A DNA stretch of 64,000 bases, taken from NCBI GenBank assembly GCA_035506675.1, contig DATJOX010000041.1, forward strand, positions 36,475 to 100,474, written 5' to 3'. Below are positions 25,728-35,392 of the stretch, in pieces; within the stretch, counting starts at the first letter, position 1, and each line of letters opens with the position of its first letter. A model generated the notes under the pieces. The model ran no database searches. It saw only the letters and a list, made by a program, of their open reading frames with translations, and was not told where the DNA came from. The DNA is from Methanomassiliicoccales archaeon (lineage in GTDB: Archaea; Thermoplasmatota; Thermoplasmata; Methanomassiliicoccales; UBA472). The translations under genes and the position numbers were made by a program.

Positions 25728-26673
25728 CGTGACGCACTACAACCCATTCTTCGTCATGCCCGGTTCGGCGCTCGTAGACCTGCGCGAGGAGCTAGAGCTC
25801 ATAGAGGACAAGGAAGCGGGGGAGACGCTCGCGCGCTATGGATATCGCGCTGGCGTCGGCCTTATCAGCGTCCTCGACCTGCGCGTCAAAGACATCCAGG
25901 AGCTCAAGGAAGTGCTTCCCCAGATCTGGTCGGAGACCGGGCTGAGCCGCATCAATGTGCGATCCGCGAATGAGGACGAGATCATCGTCGAGGCGGAGGA
26001 ATCGCTCGAGGCGTTGCACGGCCGGACCTGCGATTTCGCGCGCGGCTATCTGTCCGGCATCATCTCTTCGCTTCTCGACCGGCGCTATGTTGCGATCGAA
26101 AGGGAGTGTCTCTCGAAGGGCAAGCACGGCTGCGTTCACGTCCTCACGCCCGCCGGGGAGGAGACGCCCAAGGAAGCATCTGGAAAGAAGCAGCCGGTGA
26201 GCTACGAACTCGAGGCGGGGTACTCGTACATTATCGAGTCCGAGGACCCGTACGCGGGTTTCGAGATGTTCTCCGAGCTCGTGACGCACGGCTACAAGGG
26301 GATGAGCATCGTGCGCGAGTATCCCGAGAAGCTGCGTGAGCGATACGCGCTCGCCGACTCGCCGATGCTGTGGTTGTCCTATGATAGAGATGTGAAATAC
26401 GCGCGCGAGCCGACCAACGTCCCTCTGATCTACTCGGAGGTCAAAGCGTTCCTTGACAACGCGACGGACGGCGTCGTCCTCATCTCCGGCATCGAGTACC
26501 TCATCAGCCAGAGCACGTTCCTTAAGGTGCTGAAGTTCCTGCAGCTGCTCAACGAGAACGTGGCGGTGAAGGACGCCGTGCTCCTCGTCCCGGTCAGCCC
26601 GCAAGCACTGAGCACCCGCGAAGTCAAGCTCCTGGAGCGGGAGATGCGCGTGCTCCAACCATCGAAACCGTAA
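25720..26673 (+). CDS. V4R domain + DUF835-like domain protein
   Basis: The N-terminal half is V4R-like: ARYGYRAGVG...CDFARGYLSGIISSLL...ERECLSKGKHGCVHVL. The C-terminal half is DUF835-like: GYSYIIESEDP...GMSIVREYPEKLRERY...PMLWLS...VVLISGIEYLISQSTFLKVLKFLQLL. GTG 25720 overlaps the GTPase stop by 8 nt; alternative starts are 25729 and 25756. Confidence 0.65.
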   Translation: MVDVTHYNPFFVMPGSALVDLREELELIEDKEAGETLARYGYRAGVGLISVLDLRVKDIQELKEVLPQIWSETGLSRINVRSANEDEIIVEAEESLEALHGRTCDFARGYLSGIISSLLDRRYVAIERECLSKGKHGCVHVLTPAGEETPKEASGKKQPVSYELEAGYSYIIESEDPYAGFEMFSELVTHGYKGMSIVREYPEKLRERYALADSPMLWLSYDRDVKYAREPTNVPLIYSEVKAFLDNATDGVVLISGIEYLISQSTFLKVLKFLQLLNENVAVKDAVLLVPVSPQALSTREVKLLEREMRVLQPSKP

Positions 26674-26722
26674 CTACCGAGAAGGCAAAACTTAAGTCCC
26701 AAAATCGTTTTACTCGGAAAAT

Positions 26723-27193
26723 ATGAACCTGGTGCCCAAGAAGTTCTTCATTACTTCTGGCTGCGCGGTGAGCAAGGTCTCCGATCTGAACGCCTTCGAC
26801 GAAGCATTGAAAATGGCGAGGATCGGAGAGCAGAACCTGGTCTCCGTTTCCTCTGTACTGCCTATAGGCGCCAAGCAGGTGCCGGTGCGCGAGATGCCGA
26901 TGGGCTCGGTAACCTTCTGCGTTCTCGCTCAGATGCGAGGGGGCGAGGGCGAGATGATCTCCGCGGGCATCGCCTATGCGTTCCGCAAGGACGGCAAAGG
27001 CGGGTACGTGGCGGAAGGACACATGCATGGCACCAAGAAGGCTCTCAAAGAAGTCCTCGAATGGAAGATGAGCGAGATGGCGAAGCTCCGTCAGATCGAG
27101 CTGCGCACCATCCACTACGCCATCGAAGAGCTCTCGGTCCCAATGGACCACTACGGCGCCTGCATCGGTTCCTGCGTTTTCGTCGAGTATTGA
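26723..27193 (+). CDS. pdaD: pyruvoyl-dependent arginine decarboxylase
   Basis: VPKKFFITSGCAVSKVSDLNAFDEALKMARIGEQNLVSVSSVLP contains the self-cleaving Ser-Ser site region typical of PdaD. Confidence 0.85.
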   Translation: MNLVPKKFFITSGCAVSKVSDLNAFDEALKMARIGEQNLVSVSSVLPIGAKQVPVREMPMGSVTFCVLAQMRGGEGEMISAGIAYAFRKDGKGGYVAEGHMHGTKKALKEVLEWKMSEMAKLRQIELRTIHYAIEELSVPMDHYGACIGSCVFVEY

Positions 27194-27636
27194 TGTTCGG
27201 CGTCGTCGTCTGTCCCAAGTGCAACCGCGCGCGCGGCGTGAAGCTAGGTTCGGCGCGAGCGAAGTGCAACTACTGTGGGCATTCGATCGACCTGTCGAAG
27301 GCGAGGATCTTCTACAAAGCGGAAACGGAAGCGCAGCTTGCCGAGGGCGTCAAGCGGATGATGGAGCTGATCGCGACGCAAGGATTGGACGCTGACGCCG
27401 AGATCGCGCGCAAGCGCAAGGTCCCGACCGTCGATCGGAAACCGTCGAAGAAGGCCGTCAAGGACCCGCTCAAAGCGGCCGCACAGCTCACCGCCCTCCA
27501 CGGAACATTCGATCTGGGTTCGTTCCGCGAGACCCTCGGTATCTCATCTGACGAAGAGGCGACGAGCGTCATCGAGAAACTTCTCGGCGAAGGCGAGCTC
27601 CTCGAACCTCGGCCAGGCATCTACCGAGTCCCCTGA
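27193..27636 (+). CDS. zinc-ribbon protein (DUF1922-like)
   Basis: MFGVVVCPKCNRARGV...AKCNYCGHSI has a CxxC...CxxC N-terminus. The ATG overlaps the pdaD stop (TGATG). Confidence 0.55.
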   Translation: MFGVVVCPKCNRARGVKLGSARAKCNYCGHSIDLSKARIFYKAETEAQLAEGVKRMMELIATQGLDADAEIARKRKVPTVDRKPSKKAVKDPLKAAAQLTALHGTFDLGSFRETLGISSDEEATSVIEKLLGEGELLEPRPGIYRVP

Positions 27637-27641
27637 CGCGC

Positions 27642-28358
27642 TCATTTCGCAACTTTCTTCGCGACCTTCGTGGCCTTCGTCTCGAATCGCTTCACTTCCG
27701 TTTCCACGAGGTTCGGGATCATTCTTGTCTTGACGTACCAGAAGTAGTAGGCCACGATGACAGTGCCGATCGCCAGCGGGACCATGCTCAGCTCGAGCGG
27801 CAAGGCGCCCACACCGACAATGCTCAGATTGAATGCGATGTGAACGAGCGCCGCCTGCGAGAAGTAACTGAACGGGAGGCCCTTCACCACGCCCGCTCCA
27901 AGGGTGGCTCCGGTCGAGCCGTGAAGCAGGCAAAGATCAGCCGCCAGCGTGATCAACAGGACGTAATCGAGAGGCGCGAGCGACCCCAGCGTCGCGAGAT
28001 AGTAGAAGGCGTACCCCACTCCAAGCGCCCCGCCGATCCCGAGCCCGAGAGAGAGGCCGTAGAACTGCGTGTCCAGTCTTCTCTGGAACTTCGGGAAGTT
28101 GAGGATCATCAACTTCATGAGCTCCTCGGCGACGGCGAAGAGCAGCGCGTACAGGATGAACGCCACCCCGAGCTCGAACTCGAAGAAGTAGAGGATCGCG
28201 CCGATGATGAGCCCCATCGCCAGCATGAAGAAGACCCTGCGATCGTCGAAGAACGCCTTCTCGACCTTCGGTAGCGTGTAGTCGCGCAGCACCCAGTACA
28301 TCAGCGCCATCGCTGGCCCGACACCGATGATGCCCGCGGTGAGGAAGGTCAGGTCCAT
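27642..28358 (-). CDS. PrsW-like intramembrane protease
   Basis: Polytopic membrane protein with AVAEELMKL (EExxK), LLHGSTG and VHIAFN (HxxxN) motifs. Confidence 0.5.
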   Translation of the reverse strand: MDLTFLTAGIIGVGPAMALMYWVLRDYTLPKVEKAFFDDRRVFFMLAMGLIIGAILYFFEFELGVAFILYALLFAVAEELMKLMILNFPKFQRRLDTQFYGLSLGLGIGGALGVGYAFYYLATLGSLAPLDYVLLITLAADLCLLHGSTGATLGAGVVKGLPFSYFSQAALVHIAFNLSIVGVGALPLELSMVPLAIGTVIVAYYFWYVKTRMIPNLVETEVKRFETKATKVAKKVAK

Positions 28359-28406
28359 GCTCGCACGCCCTCTCAGCGCGTCTTCCTATATAAATTCTGA
28401 TAGCGT

Positions 28407-30296
28407 TCAGGTGACCAGCTTGTCGTAATAGTGCGCGACCACGCAAGCCTCGGCGCATCTCCCGCACTGCGTGCAAAGCTCCTCGTCGACCACCGGTCCG
28501 TCATGCAGTGAGATCGCTCTGCGCTTGCAGTTCTTCACGCAGATTCCGCACATGGTGCACATCTCCGCGCGCAGGAACGCCTTCACGCCCGATTCGAACG
28601 CCTTCTCCGCCTTCTCCGGCGTCTCCCCTGTCGCCACGACCTGCCCGCCGCCGAACGCCTTGACGGTCGAGTCCTTCGTCTTCGTGAGAGCGATCTCGTA
28701 TTCTTCGGAGCATCGAGTCGTACCGACTGTCTTCAGCACTTCGCCGACCTTTGAGAAGGAGCGCTTCCTCGGCACCGCCAGAACCCCTTCGATTGAGTAT
28801 CCTCCCGTCAAGCAAGCCGAGAGCCCTTTCACCATCGTCAGCTTCATGCGATCCGAGCGCTCCCGCGGCACCTGGAGACGGATCTCCTCCGCCAGCAAGC
28901 GCATCTTCGCCGGCAGCACCTTCCAGCGCCAGAACCCGAACTTGATGAAGTCCGCCGTCGCGCCGCCACCCTTCGCCCATTCCTCTAGATACTCCGTCCA
29001 CTTCTTGTGCAGCTCCGGCTGGACCCGTTTGGTCTCCTTCCATTCGGAAGCCAGGCAGGAGGGGCAGAGGTAGCAGCCGATGCGCTCGAAGTCCTCCTCG
29101 TAGAGCGGATTGTACTCCAGGCCCTTCCACCAGATGTAGGCCCAGACCTCCGCCGCCCTCCACTCCCGAATCGGGTTGAGGACGACCTGGTTCGGCACGA
29201 ACGGGTTCCGCTCAACGAACATCATCTGCGCTCGCGAGAACGACTCGAGTCCTCGGTTGCCTTCCACGGTCACCGTTCCCTCGGGGTAGGTGCGCTCGAT
29301 CACATCGGTCAACGGCGCGAGCTTGCAGACTTTGCAGCACCAGCGGAAATCCTTCGCGGGCGGACCGAACTGATGCACCTGCTCCCAGAACACTGAGCCG
29401 GCATCGGCCTGGATTAGCTTCTCGCCGTGCTTCGAAGCGAACTCGCGGACGTACCGCACCGTCTCGGGGAACTCAAGCCCGGTGTTCACGAAGATGAGAG
29501 CGAAGTCCTTTGTGGCCTTCTTCACCAGACCGTATGTGGCCAGCGAATCCTTGCCGCCGCTGAACGAGAGCGTCAGCGGCAGCTTGCTCTGCTTGGCATA
29601 TGACTTGATGTCGTTGACGCCCTTCGATTCGATCGCGAGCAGAGGTTCGCGGTTCGCCTCGACGAAGACGTGTTCGTCGCTCTTCCCCGCCTCCCAAGCG
29701 AAATCGGCGTTCGCGGCCCCATTGACGTGTATCGCCTTTTCCGCGCCCTTCATCTCGGTGCCATTCGCCTTCGCCCCGGCGGCCAGAACGAGGTTCCCTG
29801 CAAGCCCGATCACCGGGTCACCGGCGCGGACGTCACCACCGACCTCGAGGATTTCGGCACCGCGAACGTTCTTTCCTTTCAGATGGCCGCCCTGAGGCTT
29901 CAGCCGGACGACACCTTTCTTGGCATGCTTCACCAGCAGCATCGCGCCCGCCTCCTTCAGGTCGAGGACGAGCTGCTGTCGCCTCATGTCGAAGCGGAGC
30001 ATGGCCACGACCTCGCCATCGACGACCACCTCGTCCGTCCGGTCCTCGCCGGCGATCTTGTTGAGAAAGACCTGCACGCCATCGAGCTGGTCTCCGCACC
30101 GGAAGTGCCTCTCCACCAGGTCCGCCAGCCTCGCCTTGCTCCCAGACAGCGCCGGCCTTATGTCGCCCGGTTTCGAGACCTGGAACTGCCTGCCCGACGA
30201 GCCGCAGCGGCTGCATTTCGTTCCGAGGAGCAGGGTGTGGCAGTGGTCGCACCAGAGGAACGTGATCTTGCCATGCCTGCTGTCCTGGTCGCGCAT
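28407..30296 (-). CDS. PP-loop PAPS-reductase-family protein with N-terminal Zn-ribbon/PUA-like region and C-terminal ferredoxin domain
   Basis: LSFSGGKDSL PP-loop. N-terminal CDHC...CSRC. C-terminal CTMCGICVKNC...CTQCGRCAEAC. Start at MRDQDS (30296) is preferred over 30380, which leaves a divergent promoter gap. Confidence 0.65.
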   Translation of the reverse strand: MRDQDSRHGKITFLWCDHCHTLLLGTKCSRCGSSGRQFQVSKPGDIRPALSGSKARLADLVERHFRCGDQLDGVQVFLNKIAGEDRTDEVVVDGEVVAMLRFDMRRQQLVLDLKEAGAMLLVKHAKKGVVRLKPQGGHLKGKNVRGAEILEVGGDVRAGDPVIGLAGNLVLAAGAKANGTEMKGAEKAIHVNGAANADFAWEAGKSDEHVFVEANREPLLAIESKGVNDIKSYAKQSKLPLTLSFSGGKDSLATYGLVKKATKDFALIFVNTGLEFPETVRYVREFASKHGEKLIQADAGSVFWEQVHQFGPPAKDFRWCCKVCKLAPLTDVIERTYPEGTVTVEGNRGLESFSRAQMMFVERNPFVPNQVVLNPIREWRAAEVWAYIWWKGLEYNPLYEEDFERIGCYLCPSCLASEWKETKRVQPELHKKWTEYLEEWAKGGGATADFIKFGFWRWKVLPAKMRLLAEEIRLQVPRERSDRMKLTMVKGLSACLTGGYSIEGVLAVPRKRSFSKVGEVLKTVGTTRCSEEYEIALTKTKDSTVKAFGGGQVVATGETPEKAEKAFESGVKAFLRAEMCTMCGICVKNCKRRAISLHDGPVVDEELCTQCGRCAEACVVAHYYDKLVT

Positions 30297-30404
30297 CGGT
30301 TGCGATTGCGCGACTTCGTACTTCAAGCTATGCCGGTTCGCCTCCGAGAGGCATCTGGCTGCCTCGAACAATAAATGCACAAGAGATAAATAGCGAGACT
30401 CGCA

Positions 30405-31067
30405 ATGAGCGAGAAACCCATGTCAGGCATGTACGACGAATACGGAGCACTATACATCCCTCCTGGCTACGGAAAGATCCACTTCGGCCGGACGGAGCTG
30501 ATGCATATTGGAATCGCGGTGCTCGTCCTCACGCTCGCGTTCACGCTGGCGATGCTCTCGGGGAACTCGTACAGCCTCTACACGTTCGCGATCGTCTTCG
30601 CGATCGCCGCCGTCGCTGTGCTGACCGGATTCCTGCTGCATGAGCTCATGCACAAGTTCGTGGCGCAGCGATATGGGGCCTGGGCGGAGTTCCGCATCTT
30701 CCCGATGGGTCTGATGCTGGCACTCGTCTTCAGCTTCTTCGGCTTCGTGTTCGCCGCGCCCGGAGCGGTCTACATCCAAGGCAGGATCACGCCGAAGCAA
30801 AACGGTCTGATCAGCGCGGCCGGCCCCGGCCTGAATCTGGCATTGGCGGCGGTCTTCCTGGTGGCTTCGATGGCGTTCCCATTCGGCACGCTCGCCTACT
30901 TCGCGTTCATGACCGTGGGGACGATCAACTCCTTCCTGGCGTTGTTCAATATGGTGCCGGTCCCGCCGCTCGACGGCTCGAAGGTGCTGATGTGGAGCAA
31001 GCCCGTCTACATCCTCATGCTCGCCGCTTCCGCGGTCGCGCTCGCCTACGCCTGGGGCTTCATCTGA
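30405..31067 (+). CDS. M50 site-2 protease family metalloprotease
   Basis: LLHELMHKFV (HExxH) and NMVPVPPLDGSKV (NxxPxxxLDG) in a polytopic membrane protein. Confidence 0.82.
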   Translation: MSEKPMSGMYDEYGALYIPPGYGKIHFGRTELMHIGIAVLVLTLAFTLAMLSGNSYSLYTFAIVFAIAAVAVLTGFLLHELMHKFVAQRYGAWAEFRIFPMGLMLALVFSFFGFVFAAPGAVYIQGRITPKQNGLISAAGPGLNLALAAVFLVASMAFPFGTLAYFAFMTVGTINSFLALFNMVPVPPLDGSKVLMWSKPVYILMLAASAVALAYAWGFI

Positions 31068-31068
31068 G

Positions 31069-32511
31069 CTACTTCTCGAACGGCTCGCAGGGATAGCGCA
31101 GCTTCGTCAGGATGCTCCCTTCCCATTGCTGGATCTTCCCCGGGTTCAGGATGTTGTTTGGATCGAGCGCCCGCTTGATGTCCGCCATCGTCTGCAGCGC
31201 GGTCGCCCTCTCCTTCTGCATGTACGGAGCCTTGGAGATGCCGACCCCGTGTTCACCGGTGACCGTCCCTCCGAGCCCGATGACCGTGTCATAGACCTCG
31301 GAGACCGCCTTCTCTCCCCTTTGCCAGTAGTCCGTGGATGTCGGATCGAGAAGCATTTTCGTATGCAGATTCCCGTCGGCCGCGTGTCCATAGGTGCCGA
31401 TGATGACGCTGTTGCTCTTGGCGATGCGATGGAATGCGACCACGGCCTCGGGGATCCTGGAGATCGGGACAGCCATATCGTCGGCGAGCGAGACCGACAC
31501 GAAGCCCTCACCATAGCGGCTCAGCGAGGACATGATGCTCTTCCGCCCGTAGGTCCACTTCGCCATTTGCGCTGTCTCGGAAGAGACCTCCACGCTCGAG
31601 GCCCCAGCTTCCTCACAGACGCCGCGCACCAGGGCGGCTTCCTTCTCCACGATCTCTGGCTCACCGTCCACCTCGATCATGCAGAGGGCTTCGACGTCCG
31701 GAAATCCCGCGTGCACGGTCTTGTTGACCGCCTTGATGCAGGTCGAGTCCATGAGCTCGATCGCGGAAGGGATGATCGGCTTGGCGATGATCCTGGATAC
31801 GCACTTGCCCGCGAGCTCGAGCGTCGCGAACGCCGCCACGATCATCGCCGCCTTCTTCGCTTTGGGCACGATGCGCAGTGTCGCCTTGGTTATCACGCCG
31901 AGCGTGCCTTCGCTTCCCACGATCAGTCTGTCCAGTTGGTAGCCGGAGGAGTTCTTCAGGGTCCGTGTGCCAAGCTGAACGATCTCACCGCTGGCGAGGA
32001 CGACCTCAAGGCCGAGCACGTAGTCGCGCATCGCTCCGTACTTGATCGCCCTCATTCCCGAAGCGTTCGCCGCGACCATTCCTCCGATCGTGCACGCCTC
32101 TGAACTCCCTGGCGCGGTGGGAATCGAGAACTTGTGAGGGGCGAGCGCCTCCATCAGCTTGTCGAAGACCACTCCCGCCTCACAAACGCAGAGGAGGTCC
32201 TCGACTCGGATCTCAAGGACGCGGTTCATGCGCGTCATGTCGAGCGCGATGCCGCCGTGAAGGGGGACTGCACCGCCGCAGAGCCCGGTCCCCGCGCCCC
32301 TCGGCACCACGGGAATCTTGTGGTCGTTCGCCAGGTGTAGGATCGCGGACACCTCCTTTGCGGAGCTGGGGCGCACCACGATGTCGGGATCGCGGTGATG
32401 GATGGAGGCATCGAAGCCATAGGTGTAGAGGTCTGCTGGATTTGTCGAGTAGTTCTCCTCGCCGACGATTTCGCCGATTCGCTCGATGACGCTCCTCTCC
32501 AATGCGCTCAT
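31069..32511 (-). CDS. FAD-linked oxidase (GlcD / D-lactate dehydrogenase-like)
   Basis: N-terminal FAD-binding PCMH pattern VVRPSSAKEVSAILHLANDHKIPVVPRGAGTGLCGG, with C-terminal GGTVTGEHGVG. Start at MSALERS. Confidence 0.8.
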   Translation of the reverse strand: MSALERSVIERIGEIVGEENYSTNPADLYTYGFDASIHHRDPDIVVRPSSAKEVSAILHLANDHKIPVVPRGAGTGLCGGAVPLHGGIALDMTRMNRVLEIRVEDLLCVCEAGVVFDKLMEALAPHKFSIPTAPGSSEACTIGGMVAANASGMRAIKYGAMRDYVLGLEVVLASGEIVQLGTRTLKNSSGYQLDRLIVGSEGTLGVITKATLRIVPKAKKAAMIVAAFATLELAGKCVSRIIAKPIIPSAIELMDSTCIKAVNKTVHAGFPDVEALCMIEVDGEPEIVEKEAALVRGVCEEAGASSVEVSSETAQMAKWTYGRKSIMSSLSRYGEGFVSVSLADDMAVPISRIPEAVVAFHRIAKSNSVIIGTYGHAADGNLHTKMLLDPTSTDYWQRGEKAVSEVYDTVIGLGGTVTGEHGVGISKAPYMQKERATALQTMADIKRALDPNNILNPGKIQQWEGSILTKLRYPCEPFEK

Positions 32512-32786
32512 CGGAGGCGAATCCCCTCTCCGGTAATTTAACCCTGGCAGTAGCCACGCATCCATTCTCGACTACCTAGTGGATACTTTTTTAAGCTGGC
32601 CTGCACAATTGCGGTCCGCTCAACCGGACCGTGGTACCAAATGGAAGAGGCCTCCGCCGAATCTGAAGATGGTGATAGTAGCAAACGACGACCCGACACG
32701 CGGGTCACTGATTCTAGCATGGAAAGGATTCGGCTTAGAGTGACGCGTCGAACCAATGGCCATGGACGGATGAGGGGCCTGATCCC

Positions 32787-33455
32787 TTGAGCAAGAGGCC
32801 TGGGAAGGTCCCTCGGGAGGACGAGATCCTCGCCCTGCCCTCTGAGGACTGCACTCACATCGTGAGCGAGAACCACTTCTACAAGACCGAGGGCTACTAC
32901 GCGCTGGTCAAGAACGAAGTGAACGGGGTCAACACCCTTCCGCGCAGCAGCGACGTCATCGACGCCTACGTCGTGCCGATCTGCCTCGAGAAGGCCAAGC
33001 TCTGTGGGGTGGAGGTCTGCCACTGGGAGATCTCGTACACGGATGCTCCGGCGCCCTGCATCATCTATGGAGTGAACTACTTCTCGACACCGGGCGAGTT
33101 CTTCGTGGCCCAGGACCTCAAGCAGTCACAGCAGGCGGTCAAGCACGTCACGAACAACGGCCGATATCCATTCTGTTACCAACCGCTCGGGGAATCGGAC
33201 ATGCCGAAGAAATCGAACGTCATCTTCGGCCGGATCGCCTCCGACGATCCTGCACTCGCCAACCTGGCTAGTGGAGTTTACGAAGCGTTCCACATCCCGC
33301 TGGTCAGCATGATCTACGTGACCCACAACGGAGTCCCGCAGCTATCTTCGCTCGGGCCGGTGAAGTACTCGAAGCTCAACCAGCGCGAGAAGGAGATGCT
33401 GGGGAGCCGCCTCGGCGGCACGATCGAATGCGCAGGGGGCGAACGCGACGTCTAA
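32787..33455 (+). CDS. RLAN-like (RimK-like ATP-grasp N-terminal) domain protein
   Basis: HFYKTEGYYALVKNEVNGVNTLPRSSDVIDA resembles the RLAN core (Y..GYY.SLLAEARG..V.PS..T..D) as I recall it. TTG start uncertain. It ends 13 nt before the ATP-grasp gene. Confidence 0.45.
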   Translation: MSKRPGKVPREDEILALPSEDCTHIVSENHFYKTEGYYALVKNEVNGVNTLPRSSDVIDAYVVPICLEKAKLCGVEVCHWEISYTDAPAPCIIYGVNYFSTPGEFFVAQDLKQSQQAVKHVTNNGRYPFCYQPLGESDMPKKSNVIFGRIASDDPALANLASGVYEAFHIPLVSMIYVTHNGVPQLSSLGPVKYSKLNQREKEMLGSRLGGTIECAGGERDV

Positions 33456-33468
33456 TCTCGGCATCTTC

Positions 33469-34323
33469 GTGAACCGCCAGACGGTGTCGTCCGGGGATCA
33501 ACTGGAAACGCTGCTGCGCTGTCGCGATGCGGCGGAAGAGCTCGGGCACTCGGCCGACTTCATCTTCCCGACGGAGATCAAGAAGGTGCCGAAGACGGAC
33601 GGGCTGTTCATCCGGCATAACACCGACCCGATGAACATGGCGTTCGTCGCCGCGAAGATGGCCTCGCTGCACAACATTCCGGTGATCGACGACCCGCAGT
33701 CGATCCAGATCTGTGCCGACAAGATCAACATGTACTATCACCTGATGAAGAACGACGTGCCGATCCCGCGCACGGAGTTCCTCAGCCGGAAGGAGGTGAG
33801 CGTCCAGACCGCGAAAGTGCTCTTCGACCGCTGGGGCACGCCGCTGATCATCAAGGAACCCGGGACATCGTTCTCCGCCAGGGTCGAGAAGGCGAACGAC
33901 GGTGAGGAGTTCGTGCGCGTGGGCAGGCGCTTCTCTCGAATGTCCGATTGGATCGTAGCCCAGGAGTACATTCACTCGACCTACGACTGGCGCATAGGAG
34001 TCCTAAACGGTCAGTTGCTCTACGCCTGCCGCTACCACATCCCCGCCGAGACGTTCAAGATCCAGGCGTCGGTGAACGGACACCTGGTCTACTGCCGCAC
34101 GGAGAGCGTGCCGGTCGGACGGATCCCGTCGGCTGTCCTCGAGGTCGGGCTGAAGGCGGCGCGCTCGATCGGCAAAGGGCTGTACGGCGTCGACATAAAG
34201 GAATCGAACGGCAAGGTGTATGTGATCGAGGTGAACGACAACCCTTCCCTCGACGATGGCGAAGACGCTCATTACCCCGACGTGTACCACCGCATCGTGC
34301 GCACTCTTCTGGAGTCGAACTAG
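33469..34323 (+). CDS. RimK-family ATP-grasp ligase
   Basis: ADKINMYYHLMKNDVPIPRT ... PLIIKEPGTSFSARV ... IVAQEYI ... YGVDIKESNGKVYVIEVNDNPS shows the ATP-grasp motifs. Confidence 0.8.
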   Translation: MNRQTVSSGDQLETLLRCRDAAEELGHSADFIFPTEIKKVPKTDGLFIRHNTDPMNMAFVAAKMASLHNIPVIDDPQSIQICADKINMYYHLMKNDVPIPRTEFLSRKEVSVQTAKVLFDRWGTPLIIKEPGTSFSARVEKANDGEEFVRVGRRFSRMSDWIVAQEYIHSTYDWRIGVLNGQLLYACRYHIPAETFKIQASVNGHLVYCRTESVPVGRIPSAVLEVGLKAARSIGKGLYGVDIKESNGKVYVIEVNDNPSLDDGEDAHYPDVYHRIVRTLLESN

Positions 34324-34854
34324 TCACAAAGGATGAGCCCTGCGCCAGTCCTCGCGGATGACCGCCATGATGACGTCATCGGCGTACTCGTCGTTCTTGA
34401 AGTGATTGTGTCGCAGCAAACCCTCGCGCTTGAAACCGCATTTCTCATAGCACGAGACGGCGCGCTCGTTCTTCTGGTCCGCGTATAGCCAGACGCGCTC
34501 AAGGTTCATCTCGTCGAACATGTAGCCGAGGAGCACGTTGATCGCGTCCCGCCCGTAGCCCCGGCTCCAATGATCCTTCTCGCCAATCGCAATCCCGATG
34601 TCCGCCTTGCGATCGTGATAATCGACGTGGATGATCCCGATGTTGCCGATCAGCTTTCCATCGAGGGTCTCTATCGAGAACACTCTTTCCTCGCGATCCC
34701 GAAGGTGCTCGAACCAGCGCTCTTCTTCCTCCATGCCCATCGGGGGCGAGCGCAGCAGGAATCGCGTTACCTCTAGGTCGTTGAACCATCTGACGAAGGC
34801 CGGAAGGTCCGCTCTTTCGACCGCCCTCAGCCGGACGAGCTTACCCTGAAGCAT
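34324..34854 (-). CDS. GNAT N-acetyltransferase (RimJ/RimL-like)
   Basis: LRAVERADLPAFVRWFND ... IAIGEKDHWSRGYGRDA ... ENERAVSCYEKCGF. Confidence 0.8.
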   Translation of the reverse strand: MLQGKLVRLRAVERADLPAFVRWFNDLEVTRFLLRSPPMGMEEEERWFEHLRDREERVFSIETLDGKLIGNIGIIHVDYHDRKADIGIAIGEKDHWSRGYGRDAINVLLGYMFDEMNLERVWLYADQKNERAVSCYEKCGFKREGLLRHNHFKNDEYADDVIMAVIREDWRRAHPL

Positions 34855-35392
34855 CCTTCTTCCTCCTGTGATCGTCCACCAATATGCTCATCCGGCGTGC
34901 GTCCTGCCATCGCCCCTTGTGGAAATGATCCTGGCGGTACGTTCCCTCATCCACGAATCCGCTCGCCCGGTAGCAGGAGATGGCCCGCTGGTTGTAGGAA
35001 GCGACCCTGAGCCAGATGCGATGCAGATTGCGCGTGTCGAAGCCGTAGTCGAGCACCAGTCCGATCGCTTCCCTCCCGAGTCCCTGACCCCAGCGACTCG
35101 GCTCCCCGACCACGATCCTCAGCTCCGCGGCGGCGTTCCGCTGATCGATGTTCGCGAGCCCGACGACGCCGATCGGCTCATGCCCCTCGAGCATCTCGAT
35201 TAGGAACCACACGGAACCCGTGTCCCGCGTCATGCTCACCACGAACTCCGCCTCTTCCTCCATCGAGGTGGCGAAGTACATGTGCTCCGCCCCCAGGTCC
35301 TCGAGCACACGCTGATCGTTGAACCAGCGGTACATCAACCAGGTGTCCGTGGTCTCGAGCGGACGCAGCCCTATCCTCTTCCCCTTGAGCAT
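34841..35392 (-). CDS. GNAT N-acetyltransferase (RimJ/RimL-like)
   Basis: LRPLETTDTWLMYRWFND ... VVGEPSRWGQGLGREA ... YNQRAISCYRASGF. Start at MLKGKRIG. Its 3' end overlaps the next GNAT start by 14 nt. Confidence 0.8.
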   Translation of the reverse strand: MLKGKRIGLRPLETTDTWLMYRWFNDQRVLEDLGAEHMYFATSMEEEAEFVVSMTRDTGSVWFLIEMLEGHEPIGVVGLANIDQRNAAAELRIVVGEPSRWGQGLGREAIGLVLDYGFDTRNLHRIWLRVASYNQRAISCYRASGFVDEGTYRQDHFHKGRWQDARRMSILVDDHRRKKDASG

